Part shown: positions 1 through 11,182 of the stretch, piece after piece | Position numbering within the stretch: position 1 is the stretch's first letter | How the letters are laid out: every line of letters begins with the position of its first letter | Source of the DNA: an uncultured virus (IMG/VR IMGVR_UViG_3300001682_000284) | Taxonomy: Duplodnaviria; Heunggongvirae; Uroviricota; Caudoviricetes | Strand: one strand, 5' to 3' | IMG/VR virus record: IMGVR_UViG_3300001682_000284 | Length of the DNA stretch: 20,000 bases | Made by a program: the position numbers and the translations under genes | Notes under the pieces: model-generated | What the model saw: the letters and a program-made list of their open reading frames with translations, nothing else | Databases searched by the model: none | What the model was told of the DNA's origin: nothing

Positions 1-1
1 A

Positions 2-151
2 ATGTTCCACGTAAAAAAGATTCTTTCTGGATTCATTAAGGATGGAACGAAGGTGGCTGGGGGAAATTGTGAAATTTGTGGTAGTACTGAATTAGTTTAC
101 CAATCTGGATGTTCAACTTGTAATAATTGCGGGAGTTCAAAATGTCAATGA
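2..151 (+). CDS. nrdJ: C-terminal end (partial) of class II, B12-dependent ribonucleotide reductase with Zn-ribbon
   Basis: Frame reads FHVKKILSGFIKDGTKVAGGNCEICGSTELVYQSGCSTCNNCGSSKCQ-TGA. The CxxCG...GCxxCxxCGxSKC tail is typical of NrdJ C-termini. Confidence 0.75.
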   Translation: MFHVKKILSGFIKDGTKVAGGNCEICGSTELVYQSGCSTCNNCGSSKCQ

Positions 152-783
152 AAGTTATTAAGAGAAAGTTTATGAGGGCTATTGAAGAATAGCCCCAAAA
201 GGTGGTGTCTGCATCTAATTCTGTTGGGGTTTAGATTAAGGATACTGAAAAGGTTAGAACCAATAACAATTAGATATGGTTATACGATGATATTTCCGAC
301 CAAAGTCTATATACACTTAAAACCTCAATATATTCCATAAATCAATTGTATGATCTAATAAAGCTACAATATGGTGGAATGTTAAAGTTTTAGCCAGTAA
401 TACATTTACATATAGCTAGCAATGGGGGATGTTGTTTTTCGGGACTACACATGTATGATATTATTAAACATAACAAGTACCCCATATACACTTATGTGGA
501 TGGATTTATAGCATCTGCTGCATCACTTCCATTTTTGGCTGGTGCTAAGAGATATATGAGTCCTAATGCGTTTATGATGATACATCAATTAAGTACTTGG
601 TTTATTGGAACATTCTAGAATCTAAAAGATTAGTACGAAAGCAGTGCTAAAGTAATGAATAAATTCAAATAGGTCTATAAATTCGAATTAAATATGGATG
701 CAGATAAGTTGTAGGAATTGCTAAAAAGGGATATATGGCTTGATAGGTAGTAGGCAAATGCCTTAGGATTCATTAGAGAATGA
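148..783 (+). CDS. clpP: ClpP-like serine protease (211 aa, 10 in-frame TAG)
   Basis: ATGA overlap with previous stop. Motifs HIASNGG, DGFIASAAS (Ser), FMMIHQ (His) and KRDIWLDR[E][E]ANALGF. Open only if TAG is sense. Confidence 0.85.
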
Positions 784-794
784 ACCAAAATAGC

Positions 795-830
795 GTGAAG
801 GTTTTTTAGTAAACCAGTTATAATAAAGAC
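795..830 (+). promoter_or_regulatory. Candidate promoter (TATAAT at 819-824) in the only sizeable intergenic gap of the left arm
   Basis: Perfect -10 hexamer but weak -35. Small inverted repeat GGTTT/AAACC (800-815). Followed by AGGAG and the ATG at 853. Confidence 0.35.
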
Positions 831-852
831 AAAGTTAAAAGGAGAAGTTGTA

Positions 853-1134
853 ATGAAAAAGTTTAAGTTTCCTGATTCAACAGTTTGGTTTCTTACTGAA
901 GATGAATACAAAGTCTTTGTTCCGTTCGATATCGTGAAAGATTTTGAGAAATTTGCAGATAAAAATAAGTTTGCCATTAAAGAGTGTGGAGTATATAATT
1001 ATACGAATAACAAAAAAAGAATTAACGACAGAAATAAAGGAATATTAGCAGATGGCAAAGATTACATTGTTAAAAGAGAATCTAAAGATCTCATTGTATC
1101 TTGGTTAAAGTCTGCTTATAAGGAGATTAATTAA
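853..1134 (+). CDS. Hypothetical protein, 93 aa, no TAG codons
   Basis: Listed in the ORF track. AGGAG RBS upstream. Its stop overlaps the next ATG (TAATG). Confidence 0.8.
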   Translation: MKKFKFPDSTVWFLTEDEYKVFVPFDIVKDFEKFADKNKFAIKECGVYNYTNNKKRINDRNKGILADGKDYIVKRESKDLIVSWLKSAYKEIN

Positions 1135-1946
1135 TGGCACAAAAACTATTTGCTTCGCCAGCTATACAATCCATATTGAGAAAGTACAAACCCTTAACAA
1201 AGGAATAGGAAATTAAATATACAGAATAGTATAAAAAGACAAAATCCGATAAATCTGCAACCGCATTGTTAAATGGTGTTTCTCATCTATTTGCCAATAA
1301 GATTAACAAGAACTAGGGAGCATTTTTAAAGTATGTTCCTGAAGCAACTTATGATGATATATTTAATGCCATGGTATTGCAATTTTTCAAGTTTATCCAT
1401 GAGTTCAATCCTAAGAAGTCTAAGCTTAATACTTGGACTGAATATACCATTATGCCAGTTTACAAGGATCCACTAAGGCACATGGGAAATAAGTTTTCTG
1501 CAAAGCATAAAACAGTAGATATAGATAAACCCTTTGCTGGGACAGAAGATACTATAGCAGATATACTTCCAGATGGTAGCGTAGACATATAGGCATAGTG
1601 GGAAAGAGGCATTAAAAACCGTAAACTACAGAACGCCATAAAAAAGTTAAACTCCCAAGATAGAGATATAATATTGAATCTGATGGGTTATGTTAAACCT
1701 CCAAAGAAAGAATGGTCTAAGGTTTTAAAGGATGGCACTGTTTCAATTAATGCCACCACCATTGCAAGAGGTCTTAACATATCCCCAGATAGAGTAAGAA
1801 CTCGTGTTGCCAATATCCTCAAAAAACTTAGAACGGAATTGGCGTAGAGTAAATTTGATAGATATTTCTAGTTGAACAGGTTAATAGAAAGGTATGATAA
1901 TCCTAAACGAAAATATTCTAAATATGATATATTAAACAAGGAGTAA
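1134..1946 (+). CDS. Phage sigma-70-family RNA polymerase sigma factor (divergent)
   Basis: Region 1.2-like YKPLTKE[E]EIKY, region 2-like FNPKKSKLNTW, IDKPFAGTEDTIADILPD, and region 4-like AIKKLNSQDRDII...IARGLNISPDRVR..VANILKKLR. Ends TAA 1944-1946. Confidence 0.75.
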
Positions 1947-1950
1947 TGTT

Positions 1951-2670
1951 TTGAACAAGAATTAGTTAACAATATATGAATTATACAGAAAGTTATATAG
2001 CAAAATGAAAAATGAAGAATTTGTTATAGATAAAACAGGTGCCAAGATGGTTTAGTTGATGCATTGCGCATTTGATTTAGATCCAACTTTGGGTGGTCAT
2101 TTAAATATAGCAGATATTGCAATAACAAATGAGGATTATGTTTAGAGAGAGATTAAGTGGTGCTTAAGCCAGAATTTAGATGTCAGTGAGTTAGTTCCTT
2201 ATGCTAAGATTTGGAACGAGTGCAAGGGAAATGATGATACGGTAAATTCAAATTATGGATGGTGCGTGTATTCCCCTGACAATCATAATCAATTTTAGAA
2301 GGCGTATCAAGCATTAGTAGAACAGAAGTAGACTAGACGTGGTATGTTAATTTATACCAGACCTACTATGCATGAAGATTATAAATAGAATGGAAAGAAT
2401 GACTTTCTATGTACTCAATTTAATCAGTTCTTGATAAGAAACAATAAATTGTAGATGTTCTATGTTATGCGTAGTAATGATGCAAGATATGGTCTATTTA
2501 TCAATTTCCCATGGGCTTGTTATGTGTATGGGGAAATGTTGCAGAAACTTCAATTGACTTATCCTGAATTGGAATCAGGAATGATTCATTGGTATAGCAC
2601 TAGTTTTCATTTGTATTAGAGGCATTTCAAGATGCTTAAGAAGATGTTTAAAGAATAGGAGAAGGCATGA
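1951..2670 (+). CDS. Thymidylate-synthase-fold enzyme of the T4 gp42 (dNMP hydroxymethylase)-like branch
   Basis: TTG start after AGGAG. Motifs FVIDKTGAKMV[E]L, VNSNYGW, TRRG, YTRP, DFLCT (catalytic Cys), MRSND..YG and SFHLY[E]RHF. Confidence 0.85.
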
Positions 2671-3176
2671 ATTTTAGTTTAACACGATAGACAAAGAGTC
2701 CCAGCAGAGGTCATAAAGAAGATGCGGGAATAGATATTTATGTACCAAAACTTACTGATGAATATTGTAAAGATTTCCATTCAATGAATCTAAATTCTTA
2801 GTACACATTAGACAGACCACACAATAGAATTATAATTAATCCTCATAGTAGAATAAAGCTTCCTACTGGGGTGTATTTCAATATACCAGAAAATAATATG
2901 CTTTTGGTGCTAGAAAAGACGAGTGTTCCAAATAAAACTGGAATTATTAGTGGTGCTAGGGTGATCGATGAAAATTATCAAGGTGAATTTATTGCCTCAT
3001 TAATTAATACGTCTGATAATGAAGCAATTTTGCAATAGGGACAAAAGTTTATACAATTAGTTTTAACTCCCATTCATTAGGATAGAGAATTACAACAAAT
3101 TAATTTTGAATAGCTATTTACGAATAAACAAACAACTCGTGGTAGTGGTGCATTTGGTTCAACAGGATTACATTAA
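2667..3176 (+). CDS. dut: Trimeric dUTPase-family pyrophosphatase
   Basis: Motif I DAGIDI, motif III VIDENYQGE, motif IV FIQLV, motif V RGSGAFGSTG. Motif II is atypical (EKTS). Confidence 0.9.
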
Positions 3177-3189
3177 GGAGATTATATAA

Positions 3190-3402
3190 ATGAAGATAAG
3201 ATTAACCCCAATTAAACCAATTTAGGAAGTAAAGGTCAAAAAAGATTAGAAGAAAGATAAAGCTTAGGTTCTTGAAAAATAGATAATATAGCCAGAAAGA
3301 GAAATTTAGACAATTGAAATTCCTAAAGAATAGAAAATATAGAAAAAAATTGAATAGCCAAAACCTAAAAAAAGGTCTTATAATAAGAAGACTACAGAAT
3401 AA
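3190..3402 (+). CDS. Small Lys/Glu-rich low-complexity protein (70 aa, 9 TAG)
   Basis: AGGAG RBS and ATG. Open to TAA with TAG as sense, filling the dut-polB gap. Confidence 0.65.
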
Positions 3403-3425
3403 TCAAACCCACCAAAGGAGATAAA

Positions 3426-6389
3426 GTGGAAGTTTCAAGGATAACAAGGTTAAGGAATAACGGACAAGATTACATTAGAGTCTTCGGTTACAATTAGAAC
3501 GGAGAACCAATTAAGCAACTAAAGGATTTCAAAAATTACATATTTATATAGAAAAAGTACCTAAAGGACATTAAGTACACCGTAAGGGTGTAGGATTAGC
3601 TATATAAATCATACGACCACAATATTACCTCAAAATACCTTAAGAAGGTCATATTAACAGGGTCTAAGACCTTCATGGTTTCAAAGAAATTGCAGGATAT
3701 AGCATATCAATCAGATATTACTCCTGAAACAAAATATATGTTGGATAATAACTTGTAGTTTTCAAGAAAAAGACATATAGCATTCTTTGACATTGAAACT
3801 TTCTATGATATAGAAAATGACCCAGAAGGAAATAGCGTAGATAACGCAGATTCCCCAATCACATCAATATGTTTCTATTCTAACTTTTTAAGTAGATACT
3901 TTGTATTAGCGTGGCATCCTGATCAGGATACTGGTGACGATCCATTTATAATCAAAGAATTAGGAAAGGATAAAGACCTTTATCTGTGTAAGAATGAAGC
4001 AGTTGTATTGGATACATTTTGTTACCTTATTAAGGAATTAAATGTTGATATTATAACTGGTTGGTATTCTCACGGATATGACGTACCTTACATCATGAAG
4101 AGATTAGTTAAGTTATTTGGCACTGCCGACAAACTTTCTCCCGTTGGAAATACTTGGTTAGGAAATAAGGGAGTATATGATGGTTACTTTAAGATAAAGA
4201 TTAGAGGATTAGACAGTATTGACCTCATGTAGGTCGTTCAATCGCTTAATTACAATCTCCAAAATAATAAACTCGATACTGCTGCAGCATAGATCTTAGG
4301 TGGTAAATACAGAAAGTTGAAAACTTCCAGTTGGAGAGACTGGCAGGACAACTTTAATGGGTTTATCAAGTATGCTATCCGAGATGTCGAGATTTTGTAT
4401 TTAATTGATAAAAAACTAAAGGTGTTTGAATATCTCATTCAGATGCAAATTCTTTCAGGTATTAATAGTTTAAATGATATTATGTCCGTAACTAGACTAA
4501 TTGATGCTATGTTTATTAAGAAGTTTTGGAATAAATTAGTGTTCCCAGACAACAAAGAGTCTAAGAGAGTTAGCTTTAAGGGTGGGTTAACAATAGATCC
4601 CACATCCCCTGGTGTTCATGAAGGTGTAGCGGTATTGGACTATGCGTCTCTTTATCCTACCACGATTATGGCTTATAACATTAGTCCTTAGACATTTCTG
4701 TTTTCTAAGGAACAATTAGGGTAGGAACAATTCCAAAAGGAACTTCAATTCTTGAAGGATAATGATATATCCTTTGTAGATACTGGAGAAAGCTAGGAAT
4801 TGTTTGGTGGAAGATACATATTCTTATCCCATAAGGAACACATTGGTTGTCTACCTTCATTATCGTATGAATTGTATACAATGAGAAAGCAATTCAAGAA
4901 GATAGCTAAAAACGGAGCTACAGCTGACGAGAGATTGGTTGCGGATAAAAAGCAATACGCTATTAAGATCATATTAAACTCTATCTATGGAGCTATGGGA
5001 TTCCCATTCTTTAGATTGTTCGTTCCAGAATGCGCAGATGCTGTAACATTCTTTGGGAGAAAGGCACTTAGATTTGCAATGGACAAGATGAGTCCTTGCG
5101 GATTAGTATTATATGGAGATACGGATTCGGTTACATAGGATTCAATGATTAGATATAGAATAAGAGATAATATGATAAAAAGTTGCGAGATAAAGGGTTT
5201 GTTTGATATGATGGCAAAAGATGTGTTTATTACTAAAGATAATAGATATATAGGTAGTTTACCAGATATTGAATTATAGTATTATGATGAAAAAACTGGA
5301 TAGGTTAGATGGGGCTAGGTTGATTTTATTTAGAAACATTTTGTAGATAAACCTACATTTTAGATAAGTTTTGAGAATGGCAGTTTTGTGGCGGTTACTG
5401 AAGATCATTCTTTGGTTGTTAAAAGAAATGAAAATGTTGTTTAGACTAAGGTTTATTAGTTGCAATAGAATGATCAATTTTATACTTTAAATGGATGGAC
5501 TAAAATGAATAAAATAACCCCCCAAGAACGATATGCTAGGTGGGTTTATGATATCCAAATGAAGGATAACCCTCATACATTTTTTGCTAATGGGGTGTTA
5601 GTCCATAACAGCGTATTCATTAAGTTGAAAGTGGACGAGAACACCCTCAAGGAACAGTTGGAATAGTTCAATAAGGAAGTATTACCAGACCAGTTGATTA
5701 AGAGATTTAATCCTTGCATTGATCTAAAGTATCTTCAATATGAATTGGAGCATGAAAAGAACCTTTCATATTTATACTTGGGAGATAGAAAGAAACGGTA
5801 TTATTCAATTCAACAAGACGGAAGCAAGTATATTCATGGGTTAAACATCATAAAGAAAGACACTCCCGCATATATAAAACAATTACTTGACCAACTTTGT
5901 GAACGAGCGGTAACAGGCAAGTTTTCGGTCAGCGATTTGGAATAGGTTTACAATAAAATTAAGACAGCGGAGTTGGACGAAATAGCCGTTCACAAATCCA
6001 TAACAAAGAGATTTGAAAAGTACAACAAAACTATTCCACAGCATGTATCGGGAGCATTATTTGCTAATGAGCATTTGGGTGTGAAGATTAAGCATAGCGA
6101 TGTCGTTTACTTGTTCTACATTAATAGCTTTTGCGAACCAGAAATTAAACCTGGTGATCGTAAGAATGTGGTATGCCTAAGAAAGGAAGATTTCCCATTA
6201 ATAGCTACTACTGATAAATTTTAGATAGATTATAATGAGTTGATGGAGAAACAATTTATTCAACCATTAAGAGAATTTAATAAGATACCTCAAGTACAGA
6301 AGGCAATAGATGATTGGGGTAAGTTATTTAATGACAATTACAGAATGAACAATAAAGGTTAGTTTGTATTTAAAAAGAGAAAGTTCTAA
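3426..6389 (+). CDS. polB: Family B DNA polymerase with 3'-5' exonuclease, interrupted by an intein (987 aa precursor)
   Basis: GTG start after AGGAG. ExoI FFDIET, ExoII GWYSHGYD, ExoIII YAIRD, DYASLYPTTIMAYNISP[E]T, KIILNSIYG, YGDTD|SVFI, KKRY. The five plus-strand ORF-track fragments (4008, 4317, 4800, 5694, 5973) share one frame. Confidence 0.95.
5127..5609 (+). mobile_element. Mini-intein (161 aa, no homing endonuclease) inserted at YGDTD|S of PolB
   Basis: Starts SVT[E]DS directly after YGDTD. Block B VTEDHSL, blocks F/G WVYDIQM...HTFFANGVLVHN, followed by Ser+1. Removal restores YGDTDSVFI. Confidence 0.93.
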
Positions 6390-6406
6390 ATTAGGAGAAT
6401 ACACGC

Positions 6407-6580
6407 TTGAAACTAGAAAAACATTAGGAAAAATAGCTTTCACTATGCTTTAGAATGGTGTAGGATTTGCAGTATAAACAGTCTAGAGAAGGTCTAAATT
6501 AGCAATAGAAAAAGGATTTACAACATTACAGTCAGAGAAAGAGAGATTTATTAATTAAAATGGACAAGGAATAGGAATGA
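6407..6580 (+). CDS. Small hypothetical protein (57 aa)
   Basis: AGGAG then TTG. Open with TAG as sense. Its TGA overlaps the helicase ATG (ATGA). Confidence 0.55.
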
Positions 6581-8163
6581 ACGAGTGGAGTAAGTATTTC
6601 CCCAAGAAATACAAACCTAGATAGTTGCAGATATAGGCTATATAGTTTGTAAGGGATACATTTTTTGTCAAGAATAAGAAGTTTGCTATATTGTAGTCTC
6701 CCGTAGGTTCGGGGAAATCCTTTATAGCATCAACTATAGCTAACTATGTAAACTCATTATATGAGTTCAATAGGAGCTATATATTAACAACCCAGATAAT
6801 TCTACAAAATCAATACAAGAAAGAGTTCGAATAGTTCGCCAATGTTAGCTCAAAGGCAAACTATTATTGTAGTATGTTCAAAGATTCAACATGTGGAGAC
6901 ATGAAATGGCTCCATTAGTATGGTGGAGTACCCACATGTAAGAATTGCGTCTTCGAACGAGAAAAACAGAATTTCCTCAACAATAAGGTGTCCATAACCA
7001 ATACCGCATTCTTTATGACTAATCTTCAATACAATGAAGACCTAATAAAGGACAGGGAATTTTTAGCTATTGATGAAGCCCACAATTTAGAATAGTAGAT
7101 TATCAAGTATAAATCTATATAGATAGATTGTGCAACTTTAGTTAAAGAATATGCGTTTAATGAATCTTATTGGGTTAAGGAAAGAGAAGATGTATTTAAG
7201 TGGTTAATATAGACATTATATTACTGGCTGCAAGAGAAAGCTACAACTTTGAAGTCTTTCATAGAGAACAATAATAAGGGGTTAAATCTCTCCCGTTCCA
7301 AGGTGATTGATGTTAGTAAGAAGTATGATTTCCTAGATAAACTTTTATGTCAATTAGATAGATCTATAGACGTATTTGATCCTAACAGATGGGTAGTTTA
7401 GAATGATACTGAAAATAAAGTTATAAAGATCACTCCTTTATTTGCTTATGATTTCGCTCAGAGCATGGTATTCAAAAAGGCAAATAAAGTGTTGTTAATG
7501 AGTGGTACCATATTGAATAAATTTGATTATTGCAAGAACTTAGGGATTCCAATCGACGATTGTTAGTTCCTGAGTTTGGATAGCCCATTTCCCGTTGAAA
7601 ATAGAAGAATATTCCTGTTGGATTCGGGATCTATGTCTAAAAAGAATATATAGAAAACTATGCCTAATCTAATTAGGGACATCAAGAAGATTTTAGAATT
7701 ACACAAACATTAGAAGGGCATAATACACGTGTCTTCACATCATATCGCCAATTTAATATTTGATGCTTTACAAAACTCTCGATTAGCCATATCCAGTGAG
7801 TTTAATAATAGAGACGAAATGTTGTAGTATCATTCAGATAACGATAATAGCGTATTAATTTCTCCATCGATGATGGAAGGGGTTGATCTAAAATAGGACT
7901 TAAGTAGATTCCAAATTATAGCTAAGGTTCCATTCCCCAATCTAGGAAACAAGTATATCTCGACTAAGAAGGATTTGGTAAATCATTGGTATTAGTATCA
8001 AACGGCTAAGGCGATAGTGCAAGCATATGGTAGGAGCATAAGATCCTAGTAGGACTACGCAGTAACATATATTTTGGATAGCGATTTTGGTTGGTATTAT
8101 AAGCAAAACAAATAGTTGTTCCCTAAATATTTTAAACAAGCAATTTCATACGGCAAGTTATAA
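6577..8163 (+). CDS. DinG/XPD (Rad3)-family SF2 helicase
   Basis: Q motif FP..YKPR[E]LQ, Walker A L[E]SPVGSGKS, DEAH, LMSGT, EGVDLK[E]DLSRFQIIAKVPFP and motif VI QAYGRSIRS[E][E]DY. Cys residues lie between motifs Ia and II. Confidence 0.92.
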
Positions 8164-8189
8164 TAAAAGAAATCGACAAGGAGTATATT

Positions 8190-8654
8190 ATGCCAAGAGG
8201 AAGACCAAAAAAATAGGTGCAGTAGGTTGTATTCGAAATGAAACAATCTCAAGAAATTTAGAATTTAATCAAAGAAATGATTGAAGAAAACAATATTGAT
8301 ACGGGAACAGCAAAACTTTGCGGATTAATGGTAACTCCATGCATTAACAAGACTACTGCTGGAAGATGTATTAAAGCGGGAAAGGAATTGAAGTTCTTTT
8401 CTGATTACGACTATATTATCTAGATATCACAAGAATATTGGGATAATTTAACAGACTAGGCTAGAAAGATCTTAGTTTTACACGAAGTAATGCATATCGA
8501 TATCCGCTATACTAAATAGGGTAAAGAGGTATTTGGAATGAGGCAACATGATGTGGAAGATTTTGCAGTGTTGCTTGAAAAGTATGGATTGCACTGGTTA
8601 AGAGAAGTTAAACTAGTTTAGGAGCATTTGAAGGACAAAGCATAGGACGAATAA
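8190..8654 (+). CDS. Putative phage metallopeptidase (HExxH)
   Basis: DYII[E]IS..YW..L, LHEVMH and HDVEDFAVLLEKYG pattern. AGGAG RBS. Confidence 0.8.
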
Positions 8655-8656
8655 TT

Positions 8657-8842
8657 ATGGAGCAGATGACGTATTATTGGGTTTGCCCAAGATGTAAGAA
8701 ACAATATGAAACACCGCAGCCAATACCAATAATTAGCAATCATTACATTTGTCCAGAATGTTATTATAAGTATGGCAATTCTTAGGTGAATTAGTGTGCT
8801 CCCGTTATAACTAATGAAAGGAAGGAAAGATTATGGGATTGA
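8657..8842 (+). CDS. Small Zn-ribbon protein (61 aa)
   Basis: CPRC...CPEC pairs. Abuts the previous stop and overlaps the next start. Confidence 0.65.
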
Positions 8843-9324
8843 AAGGTTTAGTTGACAAGGAAACAATAATAGAACGCAGTAATAGTTATGGAAATAACTT
8901 TCCATATCTTGTTGAGATTTGGAAAAACTTTTTGAAGCAGAGATATGATATGGATGTTCCTTTAACGCCAGGCGATGTGGCATTTATGTTTGCATTGCAT
9001 AAGATTAGTAGATTAGCTAATAATCCTGGCGATGAAGATACATTAAGAGACATGATCAATTATGCTTGGTTGGGAATAGATTATGATGATTATGTTGAAT
9101 AGCTTAAATCTGCCAGCAATAACAATGATATTGTTGATAATTTAATAGCTGAAATTAAGGAATTATAGTCTCCAAAAGAATAGGATTAGCAACTTTATTG
9201 TTTCTGGTATAAGAGAGATTGTATTTATGACGAGAATGCCGATTGGGGATCAGTAACAAAATGCCCAATGGGGTATTAGACATGGAACGATTGCGATTTT
9301 AATTCTCCTATTGAAATAAATTGA
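8833..9324 (+). CDS. DUF6378-like protein with acidic, Cys-containing C-terminal extension
   Basis: ERSNSYG..F..LVEIW..FL...LTPGDVAFMFALHKISR.....EDTLRDMINYA pattern. Reads through TAG 9100 to TGA 9322, next to the following ATG. Confidence 0.7.
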
Positions 9325-9325
9325 T

Positions 9326-10204
9326 ATGTTGTCTGATTACATAGAAAAGGTTAGTTATTCTAATATTAGCACTTTTTTGCAATGTCAAAGAAAGTGGAAG
9401 TTAACTTATATTGATAAATTAGATAAGAAATAGGATTCTGCAGATACCATTTATGGCACTGTAATCCATGAAGCTATTCAGAAGTTTTTGCACTATTACT
9501 ATTCAAACACTTTAACGACTTTACAAGCCAATAAATAGAAGTTATTAGAGTAGTATTCGATCTTTATAATGAAGGGTTTAGAATAGGGATTTATCAAGAA
9601 GTTGAATTTATCATATTAGATTACTGAACAGTATTTGGGTTATGGAATGGAACTTATTAAATAGTTTATACCGAATGTTAATAAATGGTTTCCAAAATCA
9701 GGAATGGAACTGTAGGGGACAGAAATTTAGTTGAATGTCAATGAGCCTAATTGGAAAGTTAGATTTAACGGCTATATTGACATATTATTGCATGACAAGA
9801 AGAATGATAGATATAAGATTATAGATTTGAAAACTTCTAGAACCAGTTGGAACGACAACCAAAAAAATGATTAGGTAAAAAGATTGCAATTGTTGCTTTA
9901 TAAGATCTTTTTATCGCAATTAAAATCTATCCCCCTTTAGAATATAGATATAGAGTTCTTGATTCTAAAGAAGATAGTATTTTAGGGTCAATACAAGGTT
10001 AGTAGAATTCAAAAATATTAGCCACCTCACGGTAAGGCGACAATAAACAAAGCTGTTAAGTTATTCAATGAAACTTTGAAAGAAATGGAAATTTTATGCG
10101 AAAGTAAATTGTAGGGAGAAATGAATCCCACTAATTATTGCAATTGGTGTTCATTCTATAAGGAGAAACAGTTATGTAGTAGAAAAAGAACCATCAAAAA
10201 ATAA
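9326..10204 (+). CDS. PD-(D/E)XK nuclease, RecB/AddB/Cas4-like, with probable Fe-S Cys set
   Basis: SYSNISTFLQCQRKW, GTVIHEAI, FNGYIDIL, IIDLKTS, QLLLY and C-terminal CNWC...C. Confidence 0.88.
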
Positions 10205-10575
10205 AGTATTTCAATATACTAATAACAGGCGATAACAACTATAATAATTTATCTAAATTCAACATCCTAATGACATAGATTAGTCAAGAAATAGAACAAG
10301 TTAAGTGTATTGGAACTTTTGGTGGAAAGTATGGAGCTTAGGTTCTAGCACAATTATTTGCCTAGCAATAGGGCATCAAGTTTAAAGAGTTTAGTACGTC
10401 AATGTTTAAGAACGTAAAAAGACCCGAAGGTCAATTATACCATATTTTATTATCTGTTGCCACAAAGTGGTCCGACTTAGTTATTATATTCTCCAATGTT
10501 TACAACAATAAAATTAAATAGATAATTGACATATGTAAAAGGAATGATAAGGAATACATAATAATTAAGGAGTAA
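10174..10575 (+). CDS. SLOG/YspA (DUF2493)-like nucleotide-binding protein
   Basis: AGGAG then ATG-TAG-TAG. ILITGDNNY and GGKYGA[E]VLAQLFA[E]Q[E]GI resemble the SLOG GGAxGAD motif. Confidence 0.6.
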
Positions 10576-10577
10576 TG

Positions 10578-10925
10578 ATGGAAGATTTGAACGTAAAGCA
10601 AAGTTTTCCATGCCCAGACTGCGGTTAGTAGGCAATGGAGTTAATAGAAGATCAAACTTTAATGAGATGTTCCAAATGCAAAGCAGAAATGCAATTAGAT
10701 ACATATGCTATATCGTTGTAGTTAGCTTAGAAAGAGTTAATTATCGAAGCATTAAAGATGTTTCTAGAAGCGGGAACAGGAAGATGTGTAAAGTTTAATG
10801 GCAAGCATTATATTGTTGGATTCGATGATGACTACGATATAGTAACTGAAAAGTATGAATTAGGTTAGAATTAGTAGGAAGGTATGTATGTGAGATTATC
10901 CTTTCAAAAGGAGGAAGGGAAATGA
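10578..10925 (+). CDS. Zn-ribbon-containing hypothetical protein
   Basis: CPDCG...CSKC. AGGAG RBS. Alternative start at 10575. ATGA overlap with the next gene. Confidence 0.7.
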
Positions 10926-11167
10926 ACAATTACAAGTATTATCAAGCAACCGTAAGGTATTCTGTACCTGAAACTACTGCAACGGGGAAAACCCAATTAA
11001 AAACAAAACGAGATTAGTATTTAGTTAATGCTGAATCTATAACAAGTGCTTAGCAAACATTGACGGCTACACTTGGATCATTATACGATAATTTCGAAAT
11101 TATAGCCATTAAATAGAGTATTATTCGTGGCGTAATTACTGAAGTTCAAGACGTATTAGCGGAATAA
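10922..11167 (+). CDS. DUF4494-like small protein
   Basis: YYQATVRY....GK..LKTKRD[E]YLVNAESITSA[E] matches the recalled family pattern YLVDA.SFTEAE. Confidence 0.7.
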
Positions 11168-11182
11168 GGGAGATAACGATTT

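Noticed and set aside
9326..10204. Cas4 as part of a CRISPR-Cas system
   Set aside because: No repeat-spacer array or other cas genes are in the window, and solo Cas4/RecB-like nucleases are common in phage replication modules.
8087..10798. Plus-strand track ORFs 8087-8284 and 10610-10798
   Set aside because: They are out-of-frame overlaps of the helicase/metallopeptidase and Zn-ribbon genes, which have RBSs and motifs.
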